Virus record (IMG/VR): IMGVR_UViG_2684623171_000001
From: a virus
Taxonomy: Duplodnaviria; Heunggongvirae; Uroviricota; Caudoviricetes
Direction: 5' to 3' (one strand)
Length of the DNA: 39,217 bases
The translations under genes were made by a program, and so were the position numbers. This document shows positions 9,225 through 18,189 of this stretch, one piece after another (within the stretch, counting starts at the first letter, position 1; each line of letters begins with the position of its first letter). The notes beneath the pieces are model-generated. The model had not been told where the DNA came from and made no database searches. It saw only the letters and a list, made by a program, of their open reading frames with translations.

Positions 9225-9730
9225 GAGGAAAACTGATATCCGCCATTCATGTGGCAAAGCGCGAGCTTGCCCTGGATGATGAGACTTATACATCCGCGCT
9301 GCTGGCAGCCACCGGCAAAACCAGCTGCCGGGATATGTCACCGGATGAGTTATCCCGCGTGCTGGATGTTTTCAAAAAACGCGGTTTTAAAGTGCGTCAG
9401 AACCCGGTTAACCGGGCCTTAAAACCGGGTACGGTGACCGCCAAAATTCGCGCCATCTGGAAGGTGATGCACCGGCAGGGCTTTATCACCGATGGTGCGG
9501 AAACCGCCCTTAACCGCTGGGTGAAATCGCAGACGGCCGCGCAGAACGGCGGCGAAGGTGTGGCAAACTGGCAGTGGCTGGAGCAACACCCCGCCCTGGC
9601 CTCAGATGTGCTGGAGCGTCTCAAGCGATGGCACCGCCGCAAAATGCTGGCCGCGATGGGAATGCCCGAACGCACGCTGATGGGGTATGACGCCGTTTGC
9701 AGGCAGTATGAAAAATCACTTCCCCGTTAA
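9221..9730 (+). CDS. gemA: GemA-like (Mu gp16 family) protein
   Basis: 169 aa, last gene before the early terminator; position matches Mu gemA; family call from memory only. Confidence 0.55.
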   Translation: MRGKLISAIHVAKRELALDDETYTSALLAATGKTSCRDMSPDELSRVLDVFKKRGFKVRQNPVNRALKPGTVTAKIRAIWKVMHRQGFITDGAETALNRWVKSQTAAQNGGEGVANWQWLEQHPALASDVLERLKRWHRRKMLAAMGMPERTLMGYDAVCRQYEKSLPR

Positions 9731-9734
9731 CCCC

Positions 9735-9766
9735 AAATCCCGCCACAACGCGGGATTTTTATTTTA
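9735..9766 (+). terminator. Rho-independent terminator at the end of the early operon
   Basis: Perfect 9-bp stem AAATCCCGC / GCGGGATTT with a 6-nt loop, followed by TTATTTTAA. Confidence 0.65.
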
Positions 9767-9799
9767 AACTTACCGGGAACGCGAGAACCGGAGGCTGAT

Positions 9800-10225
9800 A
9801 TGGCAGAAACTCAGATGAGCATGTTTGGTGGTGACAGTGAGCAACTGCACGCCCTTATCGACCGCCTTGATGACATCCCTGATGATGTTCTCAAAAAGAA
9901 CTGGCCGCGGACCCTGTCAGAACTGGTTGAAGTCACCGGCGCAGAACTTCAGCGTCAGGGGATTGAGCCGGTACTGGCCGGTAAACTGGCACGCAAGGTG
10001 GCTGCGGCTCAGGCAGCCTATATGGGCGGACGGGGTTATTACCTGCCGGTCGGGGAATCTCTCTTTGCCGAGCTGCGAAACAATGAGATATTTTCGCGCT
10101 GGGACCGGGGCGAGAAAATTGAATCCCTTCGCCGCCATTACCGGATGTCAGAAACCCAGATTTATACCGTCATACGCGAACAGCGCCGTCTGCATCTGGC
10201 AAGAACGCAACCGCCACTTTTCTGA
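9800..10225 (+). CDS. Mor/C-family transcriptional activator
   Basis: 141 aa; C-terminal region GGRGYYLPVGESLFAELRNNEIFSRWDRGEKIESLRRHYRMSETQIYTVIREQRR fits the Mor/C pattern as I recall it; GGAGG RBS. Confidence 0.7.
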   Translation: MAETQMSMFGGDSEQLHALIDRLDDIPDDVLKKNWPRTLSELVEVTGAELQRQGIEPVLAGKLARKVAAAQAAYMGGRGYYLPVGESLFAELRNNEIFSRWDRGEKIESLRRHYRMSETQIYTVIREQRRLHLARTQPPLF

Positions 10226-10296
10226 TATTCCGCAAAGCCTGCCGCCTCTCCTTCACCGTTACGCTGACTCAGAGAACATCATGAGACAGCGTAACA

Positions 10297-10797
10297 ATGC
10301 CAAAACTCCCCGCACCACTGCGTAAAAAGCTGATTGCCCTTGTTCTGGCCGGTGCCGGGACGTTCACGATTGCCACGCATTACACCGGTTACTGGGAAGG
10401 GAAAGAAAACTCCACGTATATCGATCCCACCGGTACACCCACCATCTGTTACGGCCATACCGGCCCGGATGTGAAACCGGGTATGACCCTGACAGATGAA
10501 GAATGCCTGGAACTACTGGAAAAGGACATGAAATGGGCCTTTGCGGCCATTGATCGGCGTGTTCAGGTGCCGCTTACCCGTGGTCAGACGGTGGCGCTGG
10601 CTTCGTGGATCTTCTGGGCCGGTGAAACGAACTTTCGCAACTCCACGCTTCTGCGCCTGATCAATGCCGGGCAGATGCCCGCGTCCTGTAAGCAGTATAT
10701 CCGCTGGATTTATTCAAAGGGGGTGAAACTCCCCGGCCTTGAGGCCCGCCGTTCGGCGGATGAATGGTTATGTCGCTACGACTTGCCGAAAGTCTGA
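10297..10797 (+). CDS. lys: Endolysin, T4-type lysozyme family, with an N-terminal signal-anchor-release (SAR) domain
   Basis: Catalytic spacing E-x8-D-x5-T (EGKENSTYIDPTGTPT); N-terminal RKK followed by the Gly/Ala-rich weakly hydrophobic LIALVLAGAGTFTIATHY. Confidence 0.75.
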   Translation: MPKLPAPLRKKLIALVLAGAGTFTIATHYTGYWEGKENSTYIDPTGTPTICYGHTGPDVKPGMTLTDEECLELLEKDMKWAFAAIDRRVQVPLTRGQTVALASWIFWAGETNFRNSTLLRLINAGQMPASCKQYIRWIYSKGVKLPGLEARRSADEWLCRYDLPKV

Positions 10798-10870
10798 ACC
10801 GCTTCTGGCGACCGCTCATGATAGCGCTGCTGTGTGCGGTACTGCTGTTACGGGGTGTCCTGTGGCTGCG

Positions 10871-11260
10871 GTGAATAATGCCTTACCGGCCCTGATTGCC
10901 GGGGCGTGCATGGCGGCGCTGGGGATTATCGCTGTACTGGTTGCCGCTATATGGGGAATGCACCAGAAGACGCAGCGCCTTGAAGACAATAATCAGGTGC
11001 TTGTGCGTGAGCGGGATGAGGCGCGTCAGGTGCTGGCAAATCAGCAGCACACCCTGCAACTCATTTCACAAATCAGTGAGGCGGCCACGAATGAAAAACA
11101 ACAGAACATTCAGCACAGCGAGGGGCAGCAGAGCGTTGTCCGCCGGTCGCTGGCAGCAGTGCCTGCGGCCTCTGCCCCTGTTCCTGATGATGTGGCTGAT
11201 CGGGTGCGCCGGGCCGTCTGTGAAATACGTGCCTGTGAAGCCGGTGCCGATCCCCGCTGA
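10871..11260 (+). CDS. Rz-like i-spanin candidate
   Basis: GTG start at 10871; N-terminal TM helix (LIAGACMAALGIIAVLVAAIW) then a charged, Gln-rich coiled-coil-like region; lies after the endolysin. Confidence 0.45.
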   Translation: MNNALPALIAGACMAALGIIAVLVAAIWGMHQKTQRLEDNNQVLVRERDEARQVLANQQHTLQLISQISEAATNEKQQNIQHSEGQQSVVRRSLAAVPAASAPVPDDVADRVRRAVCEIRACEAGADPR

Positions 11261-11462
11261 ATGGCTGGCTGACTGCCTGGTCCCTCCTGCGCCGGAGCCG
11301 TTCACGTTTGGGGCATCGGTCACTTACAACCTGCAACTGCTGGCGGTGATCAAGAACTGCAACGTGGACAAGGCCAGTATTCGTCGTCTGGAGACGCGGC
11401 GACAACATGAATTTACTGATATGGCCGGAACGCCTGCTGTTCCGGCAGGAAAAACGAAGTAA
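11091..11462 (+). CDS. Rz1-like o-spanin candidate (lipoprotein), overlapping the i-spanin
   Basis: Internal Met at 11091 in the +1 frame; lipobox-like LIGC after a hydrophobic segment; proline-rich mature region. Confidence 0.4.
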   Translation: MKNNRTFSTARGSRALSAGRWQQCLRPLPLFLMMWLIGCAGPSVKYVPVKPVPIPAEWLADCLVPPAPEPFTFGASVTYNLQLLAVIKNCNVDKASIRRLETRRQHEFTDMAGTPAVPAGKTK

Positions 11463-11471
11463 GGAAAAGGT

Positions 11472-11699
11472 ATGGATGATTCAGATCGTGCTCAGGCTGT
11501 GATGGAGCGGGGATCAGAACGCGCCCTTTGTAACCGGCTGACACGTAAGCGCCAGGCAGTGGATACGCCGGGCAGACGTGTCTGCGCGGACTGTGGCGGA
11601 GAGATCCCCGCCGCACGTCTTGTTGCTGTGCCGGATGCCATCCGTTGTGTGAACTGCCAGAACATCATGGAGGCCCGTCATGTGGGTCAGCATCGTTAA
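11472..11699 (+). CDS. TraR/DksA-family C4 zinc-finger protein
   Basis: 75 aa with CADCGGEIP...RCVNCQ (CxxC-x17-CxxC), typical of TraR-like phage proteins. Confidence 0.6.
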   Translation: MDDSDRAQAVMERGSERALCNRLTRKRQAVDTPGRRVCADCGGEIPAARLVAVPDAIRCVNCQNIMEARHVGQHR

Positions 11700-11988
11700 A
11701 GATTATGTTGTGCCGATCCTTTCGGCGACGGCAACCGCTGGCGGGATATTCATGGCGCTGATGCGCAAAACGTTTGTCCCCCGCGAGGCCTTTGAAAAAC
11801 TCTCCGACCGCGTTGAGAAGGTGGAAACCCGCCTGTCGTCACTGCCGACAGAAGCCGAGGTCAACCGTCTGAATGTGGAAATCGTGACCCTGCGGGGTGA
11901 ACTGAAAACCACGAACGCCACGCTCCGCTCTGTCTCCTATCAGAACGAACTGCTGCTGGAGCAGGCTGTAAGGAAAAAAACGCAATGA
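11680..11988 (+). CDS. Small membrane protein with one N-terminal TM segment, possible lysis accessory factor
   Basis: 102 aa; one predicted TM helix (VVPILSATATAGGIFMAL) then a charged soluble domain; position resembles Mu gp25. Confidence 0.4.
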   Translation: MWVSIVKDYVVPILSATATAGGIFMALMRKTFVPREAFEKLSDRVEKVETRLSSLPTEAEVNRLNVEIVTLRGELKTTNATLRSVSYQNELLLEQAVRKKTQ

Positions 11989-12275
11989 GTGATTTCATTA
12001 CTGAAGATCAGCGTCTGGTCATTCTGCGGTCGCTGGCAGATTACAACGGTGAACTGGGTGAATCCGTGCTCCAGGACTGTCTGGATGATTACGGCCACCG
12101 CGTGTCCCGCGACACCGTTCACACCCACATTGCCTGGCTTGCCGAGCAGGGACTGGTGCGCAAACGCGTTCTGATTAACGGTTATTTCATCGCGGAACTG
12201 ACCGGTCGTGGGCAGGATGTGGCGGAAGGCCGGGTCTGCGTTCCGGGTGTGAAGAAACCACGCGCAAGGGGGTAA
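11985..12275 (+). CDS. Mu gp26-like protein
   Basis: 96-aa ORF immediately upstream of the packaging genes; call by synteny. Confidence 0.45.
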   Translation: MSDFITEDQRLVILRSLADYNGELGESVLQDCLDDYGHRVSRDTVHTHIAWLAEQGLVRKRVLINGYFIAELTGRGQDVAEGRVCVPGVKKPRARG

Positions 12276-12277
12276 CG

Positions 12278-12859
12278 ATGGACAAGCCGACGCGTGGTCG
12301 TGTACGCAAGGTGGATTTGCTCCCCGACAGCATCCGTAAGCCGCTGCTGGAAATGCTGCGTGAAAAACGTCTGACGCAGGTCCAGATCCGTGAGGAAATC
12401 AACCGTCTGATCCGTGAGGCGGGCCTGCCGGAAGAGCAGCAGCTTTCACCGGCGGCCATCAGCCGGGAAGCCTCCCGTAATGAGCTGATTGCCCGTAACC
12501 TGCGTGATTTACGCGAGCAGACAAAAGCCATGATGGCCGAACTGGGGGACAAGCCGACCGGTGAAACCACAGCGCTGATTCTGGAAATGTCCCGCGCCCT
12601 GATGTACCGCCGCCTGCGTGCCGCGACCGAATCTCTGAACAGCGACAGCGACGTGGATATGCGCCTCATCAAAGACATCCTCCTGTCAGCACAGCGTGCG
12701 GAAAGTGCCGCCGAGCGCAGCATTAAGCGTGAAAAAGAAATCCGGGCCGCATTTGCTGAAGAGATGGCAAACGCGGTCACCGACGAGCTGCGCGGCGTGG
12801 ACGGGATGAGTGAACAGCTTGAGTCCCGTATTAAGGGGATTCTGTTGGGTAAAGCCTGA
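12278..12859 (+). CDS. Mu gp27-like protein (putative small terminase subunit)
   Basis: 193 aa, charged and Arg-rich with coiled-coil character; directly precedes the large terminase. Confidence 0.55.
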   Translation: MDKPTRGRVRKVDLLPDSIRKPLLEMLREKRLTQVQIREEINRLIREAGLPEEQQLSPAAISREASRNELIARNLRDLREQTKAMMAELGDKPTGETTALILEMSRALMYRRLRAATESLNSDSDVDMRLIKDILLSAQRAESAAERSIKREKEIRAAFAEEMANAVTDELRGVDGMSEQLESRIKGILLGKA

Positions 12860-14523
12860 TGAATAACGCCGAAGAACTCTCACCCTTACTGACGAATACC
12901 GTCTCCACCCGCAAAATTGATCTGGCCGGTGAAAAAGCCCTGCTGGGCGTGGATGTGCCGGACAGCCTTGATTTGCCCGGTGATATGCCGGTGTTTCTGG
13001 ATTATCAGGCCCGCTGGTTTGAGGATGAAAGCGAGGTCTGCATCGCGGAAAAATCCCGCCGCACCGGGCTTACCTGGGCGGAAGCCGGGCGTAACGTCAT
13101 TACCGCTGCAAAACCGAAGCGGCGTGGTGGCCGCAATGTGTTTTATGTGGGGTCAAAGCAGGAGATGGCGCTGGAATATATTTCTGCCTGTGCACTGTTC
13201 TCCCGTGCCTTTAACCAGCTGGCAGATGCTGATGTGTATGAGCAGACCTTCTGGGATCGGGATAAAAAAGAAGAAATTCTGACCTACATGATCCGCTTTC
13301 CGAACAGTGGATTCAAAATTCAGGCACTGTCTTCCCGTCCGTCAAACCTGCGCGGCCTTCAGGGGGATGTGGTGATTGATGAAGCCGCGTTCCACGAGTC
13401 ACTGGATGAGCTTCTCAAGGCGGCAATGGCGCTTACCATGTGGGGCGCGCGCGTGCGTATTATCTCCACGCATAACGGCGTCGATAATCTGTTTAATCAG
13501 TACATTCAGGAAGCCCGCGAAGGGCGCAAGGATTACAGCGTCCACCGCATTACCCTGGATGATGCCATTGCGGACGGGCTGTACCGTCGTATCTGTTATG
13601 TCACCGGCCGCGAATGGTCACCGGAAAGCGAGCAGAAGTGGCGTGATGATCTCTACAAAAACGCCCCGACCCGTGAGGATGCCGACGAGGAATACGGCTG
13701 TATCCCGAAAAAATCCGGCGGTGCCTATATTCCTCACGCGCTTATTGAAATGGCGATGCTCCGCGACATCCCGATTCTGACGTTTGAAGCCCCGGACGAC
13801 TTCATCAGCCGTGCCGCATGGCTGCGTGAATCGGAAGTTTTAACCTGGTGTGAAGAACATTTAAAACCGCTTTTAGAGGCGTTAAATCCCCGTTCCCGCT
13901 TCAGCTTCGGGGAAGACTTTGCCCGCACCGGTGACCTGTCCTGCTTTGTGCTGCTGGAAATCACTGAATCCCTGGCAAAACGCGAGGTGTTTCGCGTGGA
14001 GCTGCGCAACCTGCCGTATGCCCAGCAGGAGCAGGTGATGATGTACATCCTGACCCGCGTTCCGGCGCTGGTCGGTGCGGCGTTCGACGCCACCGGTAAC
14101 GGCGGCTATCTGGCCGAAGCCGCGCTGCTGGCCTTTGGCCCGGACATCATCGACTGCGTGATGTTATCGCCGAAGTGGTACGGTGAGTGGATGCCAAAAC
14201 TGAAGGCCGAGTTTGAGGATCAGAATATCCTCGTCGCCCGCCATCAGACCACGCTTGATGATTTGCGCCATGTGAAGGTGGTGAACGGTATCCCGCAAAT
14301 CGACAAGGGGCGTACGAAGGACCAGAACGCAACGGCTGTGAACGCCCGCCGCCATGGTGATTTTGCCGTGGCGCTCTGTATGGCAAACCGGGCGTCATAC
14401 ATGGAGGGCTTCATCCTGGATGAATCAGCCTGTCAGGCGCTGCCGGAGCGGTCGCGGGCAATGGAGGGCGGTTATCGTGATGACGATGAGGCATATCATG
14501 AATTTGATCGGGGGTGCTGGTAG
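12859..14523 (+). CDS. Terminase large subunit (Mu gp28-like)
   Basis: 554 aa, position and size match Mu gp28; start overlaps the gp27 stop. Confidence 0.7.
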   Translation: MNNAEELSPLLTNTVSTRKIDLAGEKALLGVDVPDSLDLPGDMPVFLDYQARWFEDESEVCIAEKSRRTGLTWAEAGRNVITAAKPKRRGGRNVFYVGSKQEMALEYISACALFSRAFNQLADADVYEQTFWDRDKKEEILTYMIRFPNSGFKIQALSSRPSNLRGLQGDVVIDEAAFHESLDELLKAAMALTMWGARVRIISTHNGVDNLFNQYIQEAREGRKDYSVHRITLDDAIADGLYRRICYVTGREWSPESEQKWRDDLYKNAPTREDADEEYGCIPKKSGGAYIPHALIEMAMLRDIPILTFEAPDDFISRAAWLRESEVLTWCEEHLKPLLEALNPRSRFSFGEDFARTGDLSCFVLLEITESLAKREVFRVELRNLPYAQQEQVMMYILTRVPALVGAAFDATGNGGYLAEAALLAFGPDIIDCVMLSPKWYGEWMPKLKAEFEDQNILVARHQTTLDDLRHVKVVNGIPQIDKGRTKDQNATAVNARRHGDFAVALCMANRASYMEGFILDESACQALPERSRAMEGGYRDDDEAYHEFDRGCW

Positions 14524-16112
14524 TGGGACGCATAATTGATCTTGACGGAAAACCTTTCTCCTTTGACCCGGAGATGCAGAGTGCCGTGCTGGATATTCCG
14601 CAGATTGCCAGCCGTTATATTGAACATCCGGCCTCGGGTATCACCCCGAACCGGGCGGCGCAGTGCCTTCGCGGGGCTGAACGTGGCGATCTGATTGCCC
14701 AGTCCGATCTGGCGGCTGACATTGAAGAAAAGGATACCCACCTTTTTGCAGAGCTGGGCAAGCGACGTCTTGCCATTCAGAGCGTGCCCTGGAGTATTGA
14801 GCCGCCACCGAACGCCAGCGCGAATGAGAAAAAGGACGCGGAAATGCTCGACGAATATCTGCATTCCGCCGACTGGTTTGATGCCATGCTGTTTGACGCC
14901 ACGGATGCCATCCTGAAGGGCTATTCCTGCATGGAGATTGAGCACGGGATGCTCGGTAAAATGCACATCATCCGCGCCATCCGCTGGCGTGACAGCGGGC
15001 ATTTCTGCCTTAACCCGGATGATTTGAGCGAACTGCGGCTGCGTGACGGCAGCCATGCCGGGGTGGCGTTTCAGCCCTTTGGCTGGGTAGTGCATCAGTC
15101 ACGTTCACGCACCGGTTACGGTGGTGCGACGGGGCTTGTCAGAACGCTTATCTGGCCGTTCATTTTCAAAAACTATTCCGTGCGCGATCTGGCTGAATTT
15201 CTGGAGGTGTACGGCCTGCCGATGAAGGTCGGTAAATACCCGTCCGGGGCAACATCGGAGCAGAAAAGCGCCCTGATGCGGGCGGTGATGGATATCGGGC
15301 GACGTACAGGCGGGATCATCCCGGCCGGGATGTCGCTGGAGTTTCAGGTAGCCGCGAACGGTCAGGCCGATCCGTTTGAAACCATGATTTCGTGGGGGGA
15401 GCGTTCCATCTCCAAAGCTATCCTCGGCGGCACGCTGACCACGGAAGCCGGAGACAAAGGCGCGCGCTCACTGGGTGAGGTGCATAACGAGGTGCGCCGG
15501 GAAATCAGGGATTCTGATTTACGTCAGCTGGCCGCCACGCTGAACCGCGATCTGGTGTATCCGCTGTATGCCCTGAACACCGCCCACGCCATAGATATCC
15601 GTCGCCTGCCGCGTATCTGTTTCCAGACAAAAGAGCCGGGGGATATCACCAAAATCACCAGTGCGGTGATGCAGCTCAGTACGGGGATGGATATTCCTGA
15701 TCCCTGGGTACGGGACCAGACCGGTATTCCACAGCCTGCCCCCGGTGAAGCCATCTTCCGTGTCCGTCAGAGTGGCAATGAACCTGCTCAGACAGACAAA
15801 GAGATGCCACCGGAAAAACAGGAGAAGACAGAGCAGACGGCGCTGTCAGCCCGACTGCCGGAAGCGAAAAGCAGCCCCCGTGATGAACTGGACGATATGG
15901 GGGATGCGGTGCCTGCCCGCCGGTTACAGGACGCTATCGACCCGCTGCTGGAGCCGGTCATTGATGCCATCAGAACGCGGGGGCTGGCGGATGCGCTGGC
16001 AGACCTGCCTGCCCTTTACCGTGAAATGGATGATTCCCGCCTGATGACGCTGCTCAGTGATGCCATGTTTGCTGCGGAAATGAAGGGGATGCTGGATGGC
16101 ACAGGGGATTGA
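14514..16112 (+). CDS. Portal protein (Mu gp29-like)
   Basis: 532 aa following the terminase; acidic C-terminal tail. Confidence 0.7.
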   Translation: MLVVGRIIDLDGKPFSFDPEMQSAVLDIPQIASRYIEHPASGITPNRAAQCLRGAERGDLIAQSDLAADIEEKDTHLFAELGKRRLAIQSVPWSIEPPPNASANEKKDAEMLDEYLHSADWFDAMLFDATDAILKGYSCMEIEHGMLGKMHIIRAIRWRDSGHFCLNPDDLSELRLRDGSHAGVAFQPFGWVVHQSRSRTGYGGATGLVRTLIWPFIFKNYSVRDLAEFLEVYGLPMKVGKYPSGATSEQKSALMRAVMDIGRRTGGIIPAGMSLEFQVAANGQADPFETMISWGERSISKAILGGTLTTEAGDKGARSLGEVHNEVRREIRDSDLRQLAATLNRDLVYPLYALNTAHAIDIRRLPRICFQTKEPGDITKITSAVMQLSTGMDIPDPWVRDQTGIPQPAPGEAIFRVRQSGNEPAQTDKEMPPEKQEKTEQTALSARLPEAKSSPRDELDDMGDAVPARRLQDAIDPLLEPVIDAIRTRGLADALADLPALYREMDDSRLMTLLSDAMFAAEMKGMLDGTGD

Positions 16113-17421
16113 TTTAGGTTATGCCGCCACCCTTCCCTCAAAAGAGGCGGTGGCATACTTCCGCGCCAAAGGGGCGCATATCAGCTGGAACTGGTTCGAA
16201 ACAGACGCAGATGTTCATGCCCGATCGTTCACGGCGGCAAAAGCGGCACGCCTGGACGTACTGACCACACTACAGGCGGAAGTGCAACGGGCCATTGATG
16301 AGGGGATTTCACAGAAAGCATTTATCCGCACACTGACACCCCGCCTGCAAAAGCTGGGATGGTGGGGGAAGCAGATTGTGGTGGACAGCGCCGGTAACGC
16401 AGAAGAAGTACAGCTGGGCAGTCCCCGCCGTCTGGCGCTGATTTACAACGTGAACACCCGCGTGGCTTACAATGCCGGGCGTTACACGCAGATGATGAAC
16501 AACACGGACACGCATCCGTTCTGGCAGTATGTGGCGGTCATGGACAGCCGTACCCGCCCGTCGCATTCCACCCTTAACGGTCTGGTATTCCGCTATGATG
16601 ATCCGTTCTGGAAAACACACTACCCACCCAATGGCTGGAACTGCCGCTGCCGTGTGCGGCCATTGTCTCAGGCCCGTCTGGATGCAATGGGGTTATCCGT
16701 TTCATCCGGTGAGGATCATCTCTCCACCCGCAATGTTGAGGCTGGCGTGGATAAACAGACCGGAGAAGTCAGAGAAATGCCGGTGACCACATATTCAGAT
16801 GGCACCAGAACCATGACACCGGATGTGGGCTGGTCATATAACCCCGGTTCGGCGGCGTTCGGCACAGACCAGGCGCTGATCCGTAAACTGATCGAGGTGA
16901 AAAGCCCGGCGTTACGGGAAATGGTGGTTCAGGAGATGAACAACAGCCCGGAGCGGCAGCTGGCGTTCCGCATCTGGGCAAAAAATATCATGAAAACCCG
17001 GCGCGGTGGTCACGATATCCGCACGCTGGGCTTTATGACCGAAAGTATTGCGCAGGCAGTGGAAAGCCGGACAGGAACGCCACCGGCCCGCCTGCTGGCG
17101 ATGAGCGGTAAAAATGTGCTCCATGCGGACAGTGTGAAACATCAGAATGACGGTATCGCCCTGACGCCGGAGGATTTCGCGCAGCTTCCCGCCATGCTGG
17201 CTGCCCCCGATGCCGTGCTGTGGGATCATGTCCATCAGAACCTGCTTTACATCACTGAAACCCGTGACGGAACGGCAAAGATTGCCGTCAATGCGCCTTA
17301 TGGTGTGAAGCGCCAGCCGGATAAGCTGGATGTGGTAATTAATGCTTACCGGGTAAATAAATTTGATATTGAAAAAGCAATAGAGGGCGGAAAGCTGGAA
17401 CTACTGGAAGGTAAATTGTAA
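16096..17421 (+). CDS. F: Head morphogenesis protein (Mu F-like)
   Basis: 441 aa after the portal; size and synteny match Mu F. Confidence 0.7.
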   Translation: MAQGIDLGYAATLPSKEAVAYFRAKGAHISWNWFETDADVHARSFTAAKAARLDVLTTLQAEVQRAIDEGISQKAFIRTLTPRLQKLGWWGKQIVVDSAGNAEEVQLGSPRRLALIYNVNTRVAYNAGRYTQMMNNTDTHPFWQYVAVMDSRTRPSHSTLNGLVFRYDDPFWKTHYPPNGWNCRCRVRPLSQARLDAMGLSVSSGEDHLSTRNVEAGVDKQTGEVREMPVTTYSDGTRTMTPDVGWSYNPGSAAFGTDQALIRKLIEVKSPALREMVVQEMNNSPERQLAFRIWAKNIMKTRRGGHDIRTLGFMTESIAQAVESRTGTPPARLLAMSGKNVLHADSVKHQNDGIALTPEDFAQLPAMLAAPDAVLWDHVHQNLLYITETRDGTAKIAVNAPYGVKRQPDKLDVVINAYRVNKFDIEKAIEGGKLELLEGKL

Positions 17422-17539
17422 GCCGGTGACGGGGGTCGAACCCGCATAAACATATGACCCCTGAGGGTTTATGCCGCTTTACCAGTTAAGAGTACACCGG
17501 CCTGTATTTATTTTAATCAGATAGTTTTAAGGAGGCAAC

Positions 17540-18013
17540 ATGTCATCCATCGATGCAGCCGTGGTGGTGGACGTTGCGCGTCTCCAGCGGGTCTTTGCCC
17601 GGCTTCAGTTTGTGGGTGGTGGAAAAGACCTGGCCCGCAGTGTGGCGTCCAGCCTTCTGTCATCGTCAGAAATGGCGTTTGAACAGGAAAAAGAGCCGGA
17701 CGGCGAACGCTGGCATGACTGGTCAGATCCTTACCGCAAGTGGCGTACCCGTAAGGGAAACATGCCCGGCAAAATCCTGACGCTGAACGGCGATCTGGCC
17801 CGACGCCTGACCACGGATTATGGCGATACCTGGGCGCTGATTGGATCAAATGAGCCTTATGCGGCCATTCATCAGTGGGGTGGCCTGCCAGGTATGCCGC
17901 CTGGACCGGCGGCCATTGGTGCACGTCCGTATATGGGTTTTGATCAGGTGGCAGAGCAGGAGATCATGGACGAAATCAGAAAACGCTTTAAAAAGGCCAC
18001 AGAAACGCCTTAA
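17540..18013 (+). CDS. G: Virion morphogenesis protein (Mu G-like)
   Basis: 157 aa; GGAGG RBS; position and size match Mu G. Confidence 0.6.
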   Translation: MSSIDAAVVVDVARLQRVFARLQFVGGGKDLARSVASSLLSSSEMAFEQEKEPDGERWHDWSDPYRKWRTRKGNMPGKILTLNGDLARRLTTDYGDTWALIGSNEPYAAIHQWGGLPGMPPGPAAIGARPYMGFDQVAEQEIMDEIRKRFKKATETP

Positions 18014-18189
18014 TTGTTTAAGGTATGCAAATGCATTACCTTACCCCCTTCAGGCGCGTGTCGTGATTTTCTAACCTGTATTTAACGGGCTTTAAAATCT
18101 GCGTGAAGCGCCTTTGTATTTTTCCCCTGGAAGCACTTCCTGAAATCCCGCAAAACCCGCCCTGAAAATTCCCGGCCTATGCTGCCGGA

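Noticed and set aside
10818-10874. 18-codon hydrophobic micro-ORF (MIALLCAVLLLRGVLWLR) between endolysin and spanin as a holin
   Set aside because: Too short for a membrane-spanning holin and lacks a charged C-terminus; more likely non-coding overlap at the i-spanin start.
17422-17502. Canonical tRNA gene
   Set aside because: Acceptor and T-arm fit, but the D-stem has a mismatch and no standard 5-bp anticodon stem with 7-nt loop can be drawn; kept as a tRNA-like element in findings only.
18014-18189. Anti-CRISPR locus between G and I, as in Pseudomonas Mu-like phages
   Set aside because: The gap is only 176 bp and holds no ORF of acr size with start and RBS signals.
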